Positions 30,161-39,360 of a stretch of 64,000 nucleotides of DNA are shown here, piece by piece. Below the pieces are notes generated by a model. That model made no database searches. It was not told where the DNA came from and saw only the letters and a program-made list of their open reading frames with translations. This DNA comes from Candidatus Aminicenantes bacterium (lineage in GTDB: Bacteria; Acidobacteriota; Aminicenantia; Aminicenantales; JAFGBC01), in assembly GCA_963702005.1 (NCBI GenBank), contig OY969696.1, positions 1,632,001 to 1,696,000 on the forward strand, written 5' to 3'. A program made the position numbers and the translations under genes. How positions within the stretch are numbered: position 1 is the stretch's first letter; each line of letters starts with the position of its first letter.

Positions 30161-32041
30161 TTATCTCCCCCGTCCGGCGTCGATCGCGGCGACGGACAGG
30201 GCCGGTATCGTTACGAGACCTCCGGCCGACCCGTCCCATTTCAATTTCGTCCGCGCAATCCGGTTGGGGCCGGCAAAGCTGTTAATGACGTCGATTTGTC
30301 CCCTGTCTTGGCCGTCGCAAACGACCTCTCCGCCCTTGACAGCGAAGGCGGGGTCGAAGCCGGAAAGATCCAGGTCGAGATCGACGGCTTCATTACGAAG
30401 ATTGACGACAAACAGGCAGAGCAAGGAGTGGTCCTCGGCCGCGCAGGCTGATAGATCGACCAGGACGGGGACATCGGCGGCCACCCGAAGCGGAATCGGG
30501 AGCGAATGCCTCCGATACAGGGCCATGACGTGGAAGCTGGGCGTCCGGTACAGCTCGGCCGCATTCGTCTGAATCGTTCCGCCGCAGAAGCTGTTGGTCA
30601 GGTTGGACCGGCAGGCAAGCGTCACGGCGTCCGAATGCCGATGGAGGACGTTCAGGAACTGGGCCTCGAATAGGGCGCAGCCGAGCGTGTTGAGCTTGCC
30701 CCGCCCCAACCCCCAGTTCCCGGCGTTGATGTTCCATTCCGTGACCCCGATCTTGATCCGGCCGGCTCCGCTCGAGGTCTCGATCCAGCCCTTAATCGTC
30801 GTCAGATCGGAGGCGACGCCGTCGAGGTCGGCCTGGTAGTAATGAGGGCAGACGATGTCCGCGTTCCCGCCGGCGCGATCGATCAGCTCGCGGGTCGGGA
30901 ACGAGGAAAGAACCACGGCGCCGGGGTCGGCCTTCTTGATGGCCCGGGCCACCGCCATGAATTCCCCGGGGTAGTCGGGGCGGTCGATTTCATTTCCGAC
31001 TTGCCAGTATTTAACGGCGTAGGGAAGGGGACGGCCCTGGGACGCTCGTTTCCGGCCCCAATCGGACTCCGGGGGACCGTTGAGATACTCGACCATCTGG
31101 GCCGCGCTCTCGGCTCCGTCGGCCAAGCTGACGCATATGAGGGGCTCGGCCTCGACGGCGCGGCAGAATTGGACGAACTCCTCGACGCCGACGTCATTCG
31201 AGTCCCGTCGTCCCCAGGGAGAGTTCAGGAACGGAGATCGCAAGTCCCGATCGCCGATCGCCGCCTTCCAGCGGTAATGACCGGGATCGACCGCCGATCC
31301 TCCCCAACGGATGATCGGTGGAGCGAGCTCCTTGGTCGTCTCCACGACGTCTTTCCGCCAGCCCTGGATGCTGTCCTCGGGCATCAAGGATAATTTGTCC
31401 AGCCAGAGATGCCCCTCTCCCTTGGCCTCAACCTCGAAGACGGCCCGGTCGGTCGTTCCCCGAGACAGGAATCGGCCTTCGAACTTCTTCCAGCCGGAAC
31501 CGGGGCGGGGAAGGTCGAGGACCGCCAGCGTCATCCAGGATTCATCGGGCGCCAGGACCCTAAGCGCAGTCTTTACCCCCAGGGAGGCGGAATCGCCGCG
31601 GTAGTACCCGCTCAGCCGATAGCCCATTCCCTTGCGGACCGCGATGCGGCTTTGCGTCAGCCGCGCCGGCCGTCCCGTCGAGGAGGACAGCCGAGCGGAT
31701 TGATCTCCGTTGAAGGGCCGTTCCCCGTCGTATGCCCAGTCGTCGCTCCGGTCCCAGTCCCGGTCGCAAAGGTTGAGCTCGCCCCGGAAATAGCACCACT
31801 TCGCGGTGGGAAGGATGCCTTCGAAACCGCGGTCTCCGAGCATTTCCGCCCACATCCCGGGCACGACATCGTCGAGAAGCTCGACGAAGCCTCCGTAGAG
31901 CATCGGGCTGATCCGTCCCGCATGGAGGGGCTCGGATCCGACTTGGATACGGACTCTGGCCGCCGCCTCCGACCGGACGGGCGCGATCCCCAATCCGATG
32001 AAGAGCGCGATCAGAGAAGCCTGTCGTTGTCGTTTGATCAT
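30161..32041 (-). CDS. Alpha-L-arabinofuranosidase (GH51)
   Basis: ISPMLYGGFVE, IRWGGS, GVEEFVQFC, KYWQVGNE (acid/base), VTEWN (nucleophile). Confidence 0.9.
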   Translation of the reverse strand: MIKRQRQASLIALFIGLGIAPVRSEAAARVRIQVGSEPLHAGRISPMLYGGFVELLDDVVPGMWAEMLGDRGFEGILPTAKWCYFRGELNLCDRDWDRSDDWAYDGERPFNGDQSARLSSSTGRPARLTQSRIAVRKGMGYRLSGYYRGDSASLGVKTALRVLAPDESWMTLAVLDLPRPGSGWKKFEGRFLSRGTTDRAVFEVEAKGEGHLWLDKLSLMPEDSIQGWRKDVVETTKELAPPIIRWGGSAVDPGHYRWKAAIGDRDLRSPFLNSPWGRRDSNDVGVEEFVQFCRAVEAEPLICVSLADGAESAAQMVEYLNGPPESDWGRKRASQGRPLPYAVKYWQVGNEIDRPDYPGEFMAVARAIKKADPGAVVLSSFPTRELIDRAGGNADIVCPHYYQADLDGVASDLTTIKGWIETSSGAGRIKIGVTEWNINAGNWGLGRGKLNTLGCALFEAQFLNVLHRHSDAVTLACRSNLTNSFCGGTIQTNAAELYRTPSFHVMALYRRHSLPIPLRVAADVPVLVDLSACAAEDHSLLCLFVVNLRNEAVDLDLDLSGFDPAFAVKGGEVVCDGQDRGQIDVINSFAGPNRIARTKLKWDGSAGGLVTIPALSVAAIDAGRGR

Positions 32042-32255
32042 GAAGCCTCCTTGCCGGTTTCTCCGGTCCGCCATCGAAACGGCGGAATTTTCGGGCGCCG
32101 TAAGCCTGTTATTCGCGGTATCCCTTCTTTTGATATCACGCGATTTCCCGACAAGTCAATCTTGGAGGGTGGACGGACAAGCGCCTTGACCCGTTCGCCG
32201 AGGCTCAGGGTTACCCCTATACAAGCCCGCGCCTGATGGCTGGGGTGTTGAGGGG

Positions 32256-32285
32256 TTGACAGTCTCTTGCTCAAGAACGTAAGAT
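32256..32285 (+). promoter_or_regulatory. Putative sigma70 promoter
   Basis: TTGACA-18 nt-TAAGAT upstream of 32363 gene. Confidence 0.4.
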
Positions 32286-32362
32286 GTCTCCCTCGATCCT
32301 TCCCATCGGACGGAAATGGAACCTGAACGCTCTGGCCGCGGGGGACGGAGGTGAGTCGGAAC

Positions 32363-34975
32363 ATGAGCGGGAAAGCGAAACCGACCGGGAAGCCCGGGCT
32401 GAGGGCGCTGGCTCTGGCCGTGGCGGCGATCTTGTTCTGGGTCGGAGCCGGCCTCGCCGCGACGCGTCTGCCCTCCTATTACGCCCATCCGACCGTGGAA
32501 GACGCCCACGGCGTTATCGCCCCCTGGTACCGGGGTTTGAACGGCCAGTTGGACGAACGCGTCCTGATTGCGGTCAACGTCCTGAAACGATACCCCTGGG
32601 TGGACAAGCCCAAGGCCGTCCTGGCCGCACCCGACCTGATCTACAATTCCCACTGGAGCATCGCGCCCGACGGAACCATCCGGATTCCGCCCACCAACGA
32701 CTGGATGTGCGGGGATCTCTGCCAGCGGGCCTGGAGCATCATCAAGGGATTGACCGCTTACTATCAGTACAGCGGCGATCCGATCGCTTTCATCTATATC
32801 CCGCTCACGGTCGATTACATCCTCGATTACGGGCTGACCGACGAGCGGGCCGATTGGCCGCTGTTCCCGATCAGCACGCCGACGCTGGGCAAGGCCTACG
32901 GGAAGTGCGACCCTCGAGGGCGCAACCAGCTCGACCTGTGCGCCATCATCGGCATCGAGGTCCTGCGAGCCCATAAGCTGACCGGGAATCCGCGCTACTT
33001 GACGATGGCCAGGCACTGGGGGGATGTCTTCGCCGCCCACGCCCAATTCGCCGAGGCGGATCTCTCTCCCTGGAATCGCTACGTCGATCCCTCGGTCGTC
33101 GGATGGTCCGATGTCCTGACCGGGACGACCTCGATCATCGTCGACTTCCTGGAGGAGCTGATCGCCTGCGGCGGACGGGGAAGGGACGGCCTATGGGTCA
33201 AGGCCCGGGACGCCGGCCGCCGCTTTCTCAACGAGAAGATGTTTCCGGCCTGGTGGCTGAACGACACTTGGGGCCGCACCTACTGGGACTGGGACAACCC
33301 GATGATGTGCGGAATGGTCTCCATGTGCGCCGATCACTTCATGACCTACCCCCGGGTCTATCCCGGCTGGCGGAACGATCTTCGCAACATGCTCTCCCTT
33401 CTCTGGAATCGAAACGGAGCCGACCCGGCCTCGCGGGGCGACGCCTACAGCGGGGCCTGGGCGTTCCCGGAATCCTCGGTCTGCTGCGGAACGTCGCTCT
33501 CCTACAACCAATACACCGCGGGCCCGACCCTGATCCGCTACGGCGTCCTGGCCGACAGCGAATGGGCGCGGGAGATCGGCCGCCGGATGATGATCATGGC
33601 CAGCTACGACAGCTTACCCAACGGAGTCGTCAAGGACGGGCTGCTGGGCGAGCAGGTCGCCACGGGAGATTGGTCGAACCTCGCACACCCCTGGCCGTTA
33701 TGCCGGACCCTGGATGCCATCGCCTGGCTGCCGCGGGAGTTCGGGCCGAACCGGGAAAACCATATTATGCGCTCCGCTTCGGTCGTCAACGAAGTCCTCT
33801 ACGAAAAAGGCCGCATCGCCTACTCGACCTTCGACGCTCCTCAGGGCGGTCGCGATGTCCTGCGGCTGGCCTTCCGCCCCGCCTCGATACGCGCCGACGG
33901 CGTCCGGCTGCGGGAGCGGGTCGACCTCGAAGGCGATGGCTACATCGTGGATCCTCTTCCCAACGGGGACTGCCTGGTCACGATCCGGCACGACGGCCGG
34001 ACCGGACTTGTGGTGGAGGGCGACGATCCTCAGGATGTCGCCGATGATGCGTTCTTCGCCGTGACCGGCTCCTGGATGAGCGTCGAAGATGCGGCGGCAT
34101 GGGGAGGCTCCTATCGCGCGGCCGACCAGGCCGACGCCGCCCTGACCTTCGTGTTCAACGGCAACCGGGTGTGCCTGACGGGCATCGTCGGACCCGAGGG
34201 CGGCTGGGCGGATGCCTACGTCGACGGCGTCAAGGAGCCCACCGTGGTCGAATGCTGGAATCCCACCGTCCGCCGCCGCCAGCCGATCTTCGTCAAGAAG
34301 GGACTGGAGAACGGATCCCATGAGCTGAAGATCGTTCTGCGGGGAGCGGGGAATCCTCTGGCGCGGGGGATGCGGATCATGGTCGACTCGGCCCAGGTCT
34401 CGGCGGCGAGCGGAGAGGCGGGAACGGGTTCGGGCGGAGGCCCCCGGGAAGCCCAACGGCTCATCTTCGGCACGACCGAACGGCGGGACTACGTCGACGG
34501 CGGCGGCAACGCTTGGCGGCCGGGCACAGAGTTCGTGACCCGTTCCGGTAACGGAGCGGACACCGTCGCCCGCTGCTGGTGGAACTGCCGCCGGAGCATG
34601 TACATCGGCGGGACCAAGGATGAAGAGATCTACCGCTACGGGGTCCATGCGCCCGAATTCTGGGTGAACCTCACCGTGGCGCCCGGCACCTACTTAGTGC
34701 GGCTGCACTGGGCCGACACGCCCGAGACGCCCTGGATGGAACGAGAGGGCGAATGGGAATCCGTCTCCCGCCCGACGACCGTCGCGATCAACGGCGTTAC
34801 CGTCGTCGAGAACCTGAATGTCCGGAAAGAGGTCGGGACGTTCCGCGCCTACGTCCGGGATTTCCCCGGCATCGTCCCCCAGAACGGTGTCATCGAGCTC
34901 CGCTTCACATCCACGCCCGGCCACGAGGCGATGATCCAGGCCGTCGAGGTCCTTCCGGCCGGCGCCGAACGCTGA
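32363..34975 (+). CDS. Large secreted protein: putative helical-barrel glycosidase-like domain + carbohydrate-binding module + malectin-like domain
   Basis: Signal peptide; W/Y/D-rich helical N-half; LTFVFNG..GWADAYVDG..HELKIV module; IGGTKDEEIYRYG..YLVRLHWA..AMIQAVEV malectin-like tail. Confidence 0.7.
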   Translation: MSGKAKPTGKPGLRALALAVAAILFWVGAGLAATRLPSYYAHPTVEDAHGVIAPWYRGLNGQLDERVLIAVNVLKRYPWVDKPKAVLAAPDLIYNSHWSIAPDGTIRIPPTNDWMCGDLCQRAWSIIKGLTAYYQYSGDPIAFIYIPLTVDYILDYGLTDERADWPLFPISTPTLGKAYGKCDPRGRNQLDLCAIIGIEVLRAHKLTGNPRYLTMARHWGDVFAAHAQFAEADLSPWNRYVDPSVVGWSDVLTGTTSIIVDFLEELIACGGRGRDGLWVKARDAGRRFLNEKMFPAWWLNDTWGRTYWDWDNPMMCGMVSMCADHFMTYPRVYPGWRNDLRNMLSLLWNRNGADPASRGDAYSGAWAFPESSVCCGTSLSYNQYTAGPTLIRYGVLADSEWAREIGRRMMIMASYDSLPNGVVKDGLLGEQVATGDWSNLAHPWPLCRTLDAIAWLPREFGPNRENHIMRSASVVNEVLYEKGRIAYSTFDAPQGGRDVLRLAFRPASIRADGVRLRERVDLEGDGYIVDPLPNGDCLVTIRHDGRTGLVVEGDDPQDVADDAFFAVTGSWMSVEDAAAWGGSYRAADQADAALTFVFNGNRVCLTGIVGPEGGWADAYVDGVKEPTVVECWNPTVRRRQPIFVKKGLENGSHELKIVLRGAGNPLARGMRIMVDSAQVSAASGEAGTGSGGGPREAQRLIFGTTERRDYVDGGGNAWRPGTEFVTRSGNGADTVARCWWNCRRSMYIGGTKDEEIYRYGVHAPEFWVNLTVAPGTYLVRLHWADTPETPWMEREGEWESVSRPTTVAINGVTVVENLNVRKEVGTFRAYVRDFPGIVPQNGVIELRFTSTPGHEAMIQAVEVLPAGAER

Positions 34976-35012
34976 GGATGATCGGAACGGTCTCCATCGC
35001 GTCAAGAGAGTC

Positions 35013-36251
35013 ATGTCCGCCGATAAGCTTCGGGGCATCCAAGACTTATGGGAGAGACACGCCCGGCAGGACCCCCTCTGGGCCATCCTGTCCGACCCCG
35101 CCAAGAAAGGCCGGAAATGGGGGTTGGCCGAGTTTTTCGAGACGGGGCGGCGCGAAATCTCAATCCTTCTTTATCGGCTGGAGAGCCTGGCCATTCTTTT
35201 CGGCAGGGAAGGGGCGCTCGATTTTGGCTGCGGCATCGGCCGCCTGACGTTGGCGCTGGCGCCTCACTTTGAGCGGGTGGCCGGCGTCGACGTCTCGGAG
35301 ACCATGATCCGACTCGCCGAGAAGTTCAACCGGTTTCCGGACAAGGTCCGCTACCATGTCAATCCGGAAGCCCACCTGAAAATTTTCCCGGACGAGACTT
35401 TCGACTTCGTCTACACGAACATCGTCCTTCAACACATCCAGCCGGAGTTGTCTTTGGCCTACCTGGGAGAATTTCTCAGGGTCCTGCGGCCCGAAGGGCT
35501 CCTGGTCTTCCAAGTGCCGTCTCACCTCCGCGACAAGAGCTCCCTGCCCCTCGACGTCGGGCCGATGAGCGACGCGGCCTATGCCTCCGCAATCAGGCTG
35601 GAGGATGTGCCGGCGGCGCCGCTCAAGCCGTCCGCCGAGTTCGTCCTCAAGGTCTACATCCGGAACGCGAGCCGCGAGGACTGGGTCCGGAACGAGGCGG
35701 CCCCGATCCGCGCCGGCAACCATTGGCTGACGCGGGACGGAGAGACCATGCTCATCCAGGACGACGGCCGGACGCTCTTGCCGAGGGTTCTCGCCGCCGG
35801 CGATGAATGCCTCGTCTATTTGGCCGTCCGGGCGCCCGGCCGGCCGGGCGTGTATCTCTGCGAGGTGGATCTCGCCCATGAGTCCATATCCTGGTTCAAG
35901 GACAAGGGCGCCGCGGCCGTCCGCTTCCCCGTCGAGATCGGGGGAGACGATAGCCGGGCGATCGACCGGGCGTCGCTGCCTTCCGGAACTCAAGATCTTT
36001 TTGATCTCACGCCGTTCCCATCTTCGTCCCCCGACGAGGCCGCCCTCGGGGCGCTGGACGAACTCTATCGAGAAGAACCGGGCGCGGCCCCTGAACCCGG
36101 GGATTTTCCGATGCACGGCATCCCCAAGGACCGAGTCGTGGATTTTCTGGTTTCGAAGGGGGCTTTCATCATTCGCATCGAAGAGGACGAACACGGAGGC
36201 CGGGAGTGGGTCGGCTTCCGGTATTTCGTCCGCCGTCGTTCGGCCGATTGA
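35013..36251 (+). CDS. Class I SAM-dependent methyltransferase with inserted Ig-like domain
   Basis: ALDFGCGIGRL, GVDVSETMI, FDFVYTNIVLQHI, RVLRPEG. Confidence 0.88.
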   Translation: MSADKLRGIQDLWERHARQDPLWAILSDPAKKGRKWGLAEFFETGRREISILLYRLESLAILFGREGALDFGCGIGRLTLALAPHFERVAGVDVSETMIRLAEKFNRFPDKVRYHVNPEAHLKIFPDETFDFVYTNIVLQHIQPELSLAYLGEFLRVLRPEGLLVFQVPSHLRDKSSLPLDVGPMSDAAYASAIRLEDVPAAPLKPSAEFVLKVYIRNASREDWVRNEAAPIRAGNHWLTRDGETMLIQDDGRTLLPRVLAAGDECLVYLAVRAPGRPGVYLCEVDLAHESISWFKDKGAAAVRFPVEIGGDDSRAIDRASLPSGTQDLFDLTPFPSSSPDEAALGALDELYREEPGAAPEPGDFPMHGIPKDRVVDFLVSKGAFIIRIEEDEHGGREWVGFRYFVRRRSAD

Positions 36252-36468
36252 CCGGCCCATGCTATACTCATCACGGATAATAAAGGCAGCAGAATATTTG
36301 GCCGATTTCGCCCACCTATTGTTACTGCACCCAGGGGTGGACCAAGGCCGTCTACGCGGCGCTGACCGGAAAGCCGGTCCGCGTCGCGCTCCGCGCCTCG
36401 ATCAAGCGCGGCGACCCCAAGTGCCTCGTCGAGGTCGATCTCGCCTGAGGGCCGCCCGCGCCGCTCGA

Positions 36469-38886
36469 TCACCGAGAGCGGGCCCGGTTTTTCTTCCAGC
36501 GGAGGCGCTGGGCTATCCCCATTAAAATGTAGAGCGGGCCGTATAAGCCGGCCGCGACGGCCGTGGCCCCGATGTTGCCGCCCTGGAGGAGCGAAACCCA
36601 CAGCCCGAACTGCTGGTCGCTGATGAGGTAGGTCCAGGTCGAGGATGGCCCGCGCAGGCCCATTCGGTCCAGGTCGAGCCGGTCCGGATCGGCGGGAAGC
36701 GATCGGAATGATCTCAGGATTCCGGTTTCGATCTTGGGCTCCAGCTTGACGAATTCCTCGTTGGCGATCCTTTGGAATTCGGCGATCGGAGACCGTCCCC
36801 CCACGCTCTCCAGGTGGATGCCCTCGCGGACATAGGCCAGGACGGCCAAGTGCTCCATCCAGGCGCGGTCGATCTCGCGGAGGGCGATCCGCCGCTCGAT
36901 CTCGGCCCAGGCGTCCGGAGTCATCCGTGAGCGATGGCCAGCCCCGATCCGGCGGACTTTGGCCTCCAGCGGATCCGGCAATCCGTCACCGCCCAGGATC
37001 TCCTCGCGCCAGCCCTGGATGATTTGGCGCTGCTTCTCAATAAGGTAGGCGTATTTCCAGAGGGTTTTGCGGATTTCGAAGTTTTGACCCTCGATGATCC
37101 GCTGGCCCCGAGCGATCTCGCGGGCGACCAGGGGATTTTCAAGCGGGCCATTCCGCCGTAGCGAGCGAAGGCTTTTGGGCAGGAGGTTCCGGAGACCGTA
37201 CTTCTCGACGAGCGGATCTTCGAGGCTGACGAAAAAGCGGGACGAACCGGGATCGCCTTGGCGCCCCGCCCGCCCCCGGAGCTGCCGGTCGATCCGCAGG
37301 TTTTCGTGCCGGTTCGTGCCGATGACGTAAAGGCCGCCCCTGCCGACGACCTTGTCCCGCTCCTGCTCTTTGTCTCCGCCGAGTTTAATGTCAGTCCCCC
37401 GGCCGGCCATGTTCGTCGAAATGGTCACGGCGCCGGGGCGGCCCGCCTGGGCGATGATCTCGGCCTCGAGCTCGTCGTTCTTGGCGTTGAGGACCCGGCA
37501 GTCGATGTCTTTCCCCTGCAGGGCGGCCGCCAGCTCCTCGGACTCCTTGATGCTGGCCGTGCCGACCAGGACCGGCCGGCCGACGGCATGCAGGCATCCG
37601 ATCTCCTCGATCAGGGCCTCGGCCTTGGCCGCCTTGTGCGTGAAGACCGCGTCCGGCAGATCCTTCCGGATGCAGGGACGGTGCGGGGGAATGACGACGG
37701 TCCTCAGCCCGTAGAACTCGTGGATCTCGCCGGCGGCGCTTTGCGCGGTTGCGGTCATTCCGCCGACCTTGGGGTAGAGGCGGATGAAGTGCTGAAGGGT
37801 GATCGAGCCCAGGATGGATCCGCCAGCGCCCGGCCCGAGCCGTTCCTTGGCCTCGACCGCGGCCTGGAGGCCGTCGGGCCAGTGGCGGTCTTCGACGACG
37901 CGGCCCGTGAATTCGTCGACGATCTCGGCCTTTCCGTCGCGGACGATATAGTCCACGTCGCGCCGCAGGAGATACTCGGCATGGAGGGCCTGATGAACGC
38001 CGGTCAGGATATCGATGGCCCCGGGCGCGTGGAGGTCCAGACCGCCCAGCCTGCCCTCGATTCTCCCCAAACCCTGGTCGGTCAGGACAAGGTTGCGCTC
38101 CCCTTCGTCCGTCTCGAAGTCGAGGCCGGACCGGAGCCCTTTGACGACCTCGGCCAATCCGACCGGGACGGCCGTCTCCGCCTCCAGCCGGCCGGCGATG
38201 ACGAGCGGGACGCGGGCCTCGTCGATGAGGATGGAATCGGCTTCGTCGACGACCGCGCAATGAAACGGCCTTTGGACGAGGTCGGCCCGGGCGTAGCAGA
38301 GATGATCGCGGAGGTAATCGAAGCCGGCCTCCTTGGCCGTCGCGTAGGTGATGTCCGAAGCGTAAGCCCTTTTCCGGTCCGTCTGAGGCATCCCTTCCTG
38401 TACGCAGCCGACGCTCAGGCCAAGGAATTCGTAGATGGGCCCCATCCAGGCGGCATCCCGGCGGGCCAGGTAATCGTTGAAGGTCAGGATGTGGACCCCT
38501 CGTCCGGTCAGAGCGTTTAGGGCGCCCGGAAAGACCGCGGCCAGCGTTTTACCCTCGCCGGTGTTCATCTCGACGACGCGGCCTTGATGAAGGGCGATCC
38601 CGGCCATGACCTGCTCGTCGAACGGCTTGAGCCCGATTCTCCGCCAGGCCGCTTCCCGGACGAGGCCGAACGCCTCGACCAAGAGAACGTCCGCAGCCTC
38701 GCCTCGGCAGGCCCGCTCCCTCAACCGCGCCGCTCTTTCTTGAAGCTCGCCGTCCGCCGAGCGGCCGAAGTCGAGGCGGCCGATCGCCGCCAGCGTTTTT
38801 CGATAGCCGGCCAGATCATATTGAATGGGAATGCCGCGCGTCCTGTTCCAGAAATCCTTAATCCGGGTCTTGGCGGGTAAAATCAT
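36469..38886 (-). CDS. secA2: Accessory protein translocase ATPase SecA2
   Basis: EMNTGEGKT (Walker A), VDEADSILIDEARVPL, STNMAGRGTDI, QLRGRAGRQGDPG; short (805 aa), no C-terminal Cys Zn motif; SD GGAGAGGAG 5 nt before ATG. Confidence 0.88.
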   Translation of the reverse strand: MILPAKTRIKDFWNRTRGIPIQYDLAGYRKTLAAIGRLDFGRSADGELQERAARLRERACRGEAADVLLVEAFGLVREAAWRRIGLKPFDEQVMAGIALHQGRVVEMNTGEGKTLAAVFPGALNALTGRGVHILTFNDYLARRDAAWMGPIYEFLGLSVGCVQEGMPQTDRKRAYASDITYATAKEAGFDYLRDHLCYARADLVQRPFHCAVVDEADSILIDEARVPLVIAGRLEAETAVPVGLAEVVKGLRSGLDFETDEGERNLVLTDQGLGRIEGRLGGLDLHAPGAIDILTGVHQALHAEYLLRRDVDYIVRDGKAEIVDEFTGRVVEDRHWPDGLQAAVEAKERLGPGAGGSILGSITLQHFIRLYPKVGGMTATAQSAAGEIHEFYGLRTVVIPPHRPCIRKDLPDAVFTHKAAKAEALIEEIGCLHAVGRPVLVGTASIKESEELAAALQGKDIDCRVLNAKNDELEAEIIAQAGRPGAVTISTNMAGRGTDIKLGGDKEQERDKVVGRGGLYVIGTNRHENLRIDRQLRGRAGRQGDPGSSRFFVSLEDPLVEKYGLRNLLPKSLRSLRRNGPLENPLVAREIARGQRIIEGQNFEIRKTLWKYAYLIEKQRQIIQGWREEILGGDGLPDPLEAKVRRIGAGHRSRMTPDAWAEIERRIALREIDRAWMEHLAVLAYVREGIHLESVGGRSPIAEFQRIANEEFVKLEPKIETGILRSFRSLPADPDRLDLDRMGLRGPSSTWTYLISDQQFGLWVSLLQGGNIGATAVAAGLYGPLYILMGIAQRLRWKKNRARSR

Positions 38887-38891
38887 CTTGA

Positions 38892-38960
38892 CTCCTCTCC
38901 GGTTCATAAACCCGATGACGATTCGAACAGACTTCAGGGGAAATAGTTAGAGGAGAGGAG
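38892..38960 (-). promoter_or_regulatory. Anti-SD/SD pairing between leader-ORF 3' end and secA2 RBS
   Basis: mRNA CUCCUCUCC (38960-38952) is the exact complement of SD GGAGAGGAG (38900-38892). Confidence 0.65.
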
Positions 38961-39189
38961 GGCTTCTGGGCGAGGTAGTTCCCAGAACGTATTGCGGGAC
39001 TAAAAAAGAGCGTCGCTTGGATGAAACGGGCGCGCCGGCAAGATTTATGCTAAGAACCCATACCAAAAGCAAGAGCAGGGGAGGGACGATCAGCCCGACG
39101 AGGAACAGAAGCGGCAGCCAGAGGGCCAAGAACCCCCCCCGATCGGGCGCGGTCATTTTCGTCCAAGCCGTCCGGGATGTTTCGATCAT
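38947..39189 (-). CDS. Putative secretion-monitor leader peptide (TM segment + C-terminal RSPP)
   Basis: Hydrophobic stretch at about residues 20-48, ends SPRSPPLL*; co-oriented, 60 nt upstream of secA2. Confidence 0.7.
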   Translation of the reverse strand: MIETSRTAWTKMTAPDRGGFLALWLPLLFLVGLIVPPLLLLLVWVLSINLAGAPVSSKRRSFLVPQYVLGTTSPRSPPLL

Positions 39190-39219
39190 TATTTACGGCG
39201 TTTCCTGCTTCAAGAGGAA

Positions 39220-39248
39220 ATAATAAGCCGCCGCCTCGGCGTTGTCAA
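39220..39248 (-). promoter_or_regulatory. Putative sigma70 promoter for leader ORF-secA2
   Basis: Minus strand TTGACA-17 nt-TATTAT, 30 nt before leader ATG. Confidence 0.55.
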
Positions 39249-39360
39249 TGAACGGGGGAGCCGAGATCTCGTCGCCGCCGCGAAGCCGGAGGCTGAGCCT
39301 CGGTTCCATTTGCGGCGGCCCCGCCTTCCGGGGTATGATCTTCCTGAAAAGGAGGACGCC

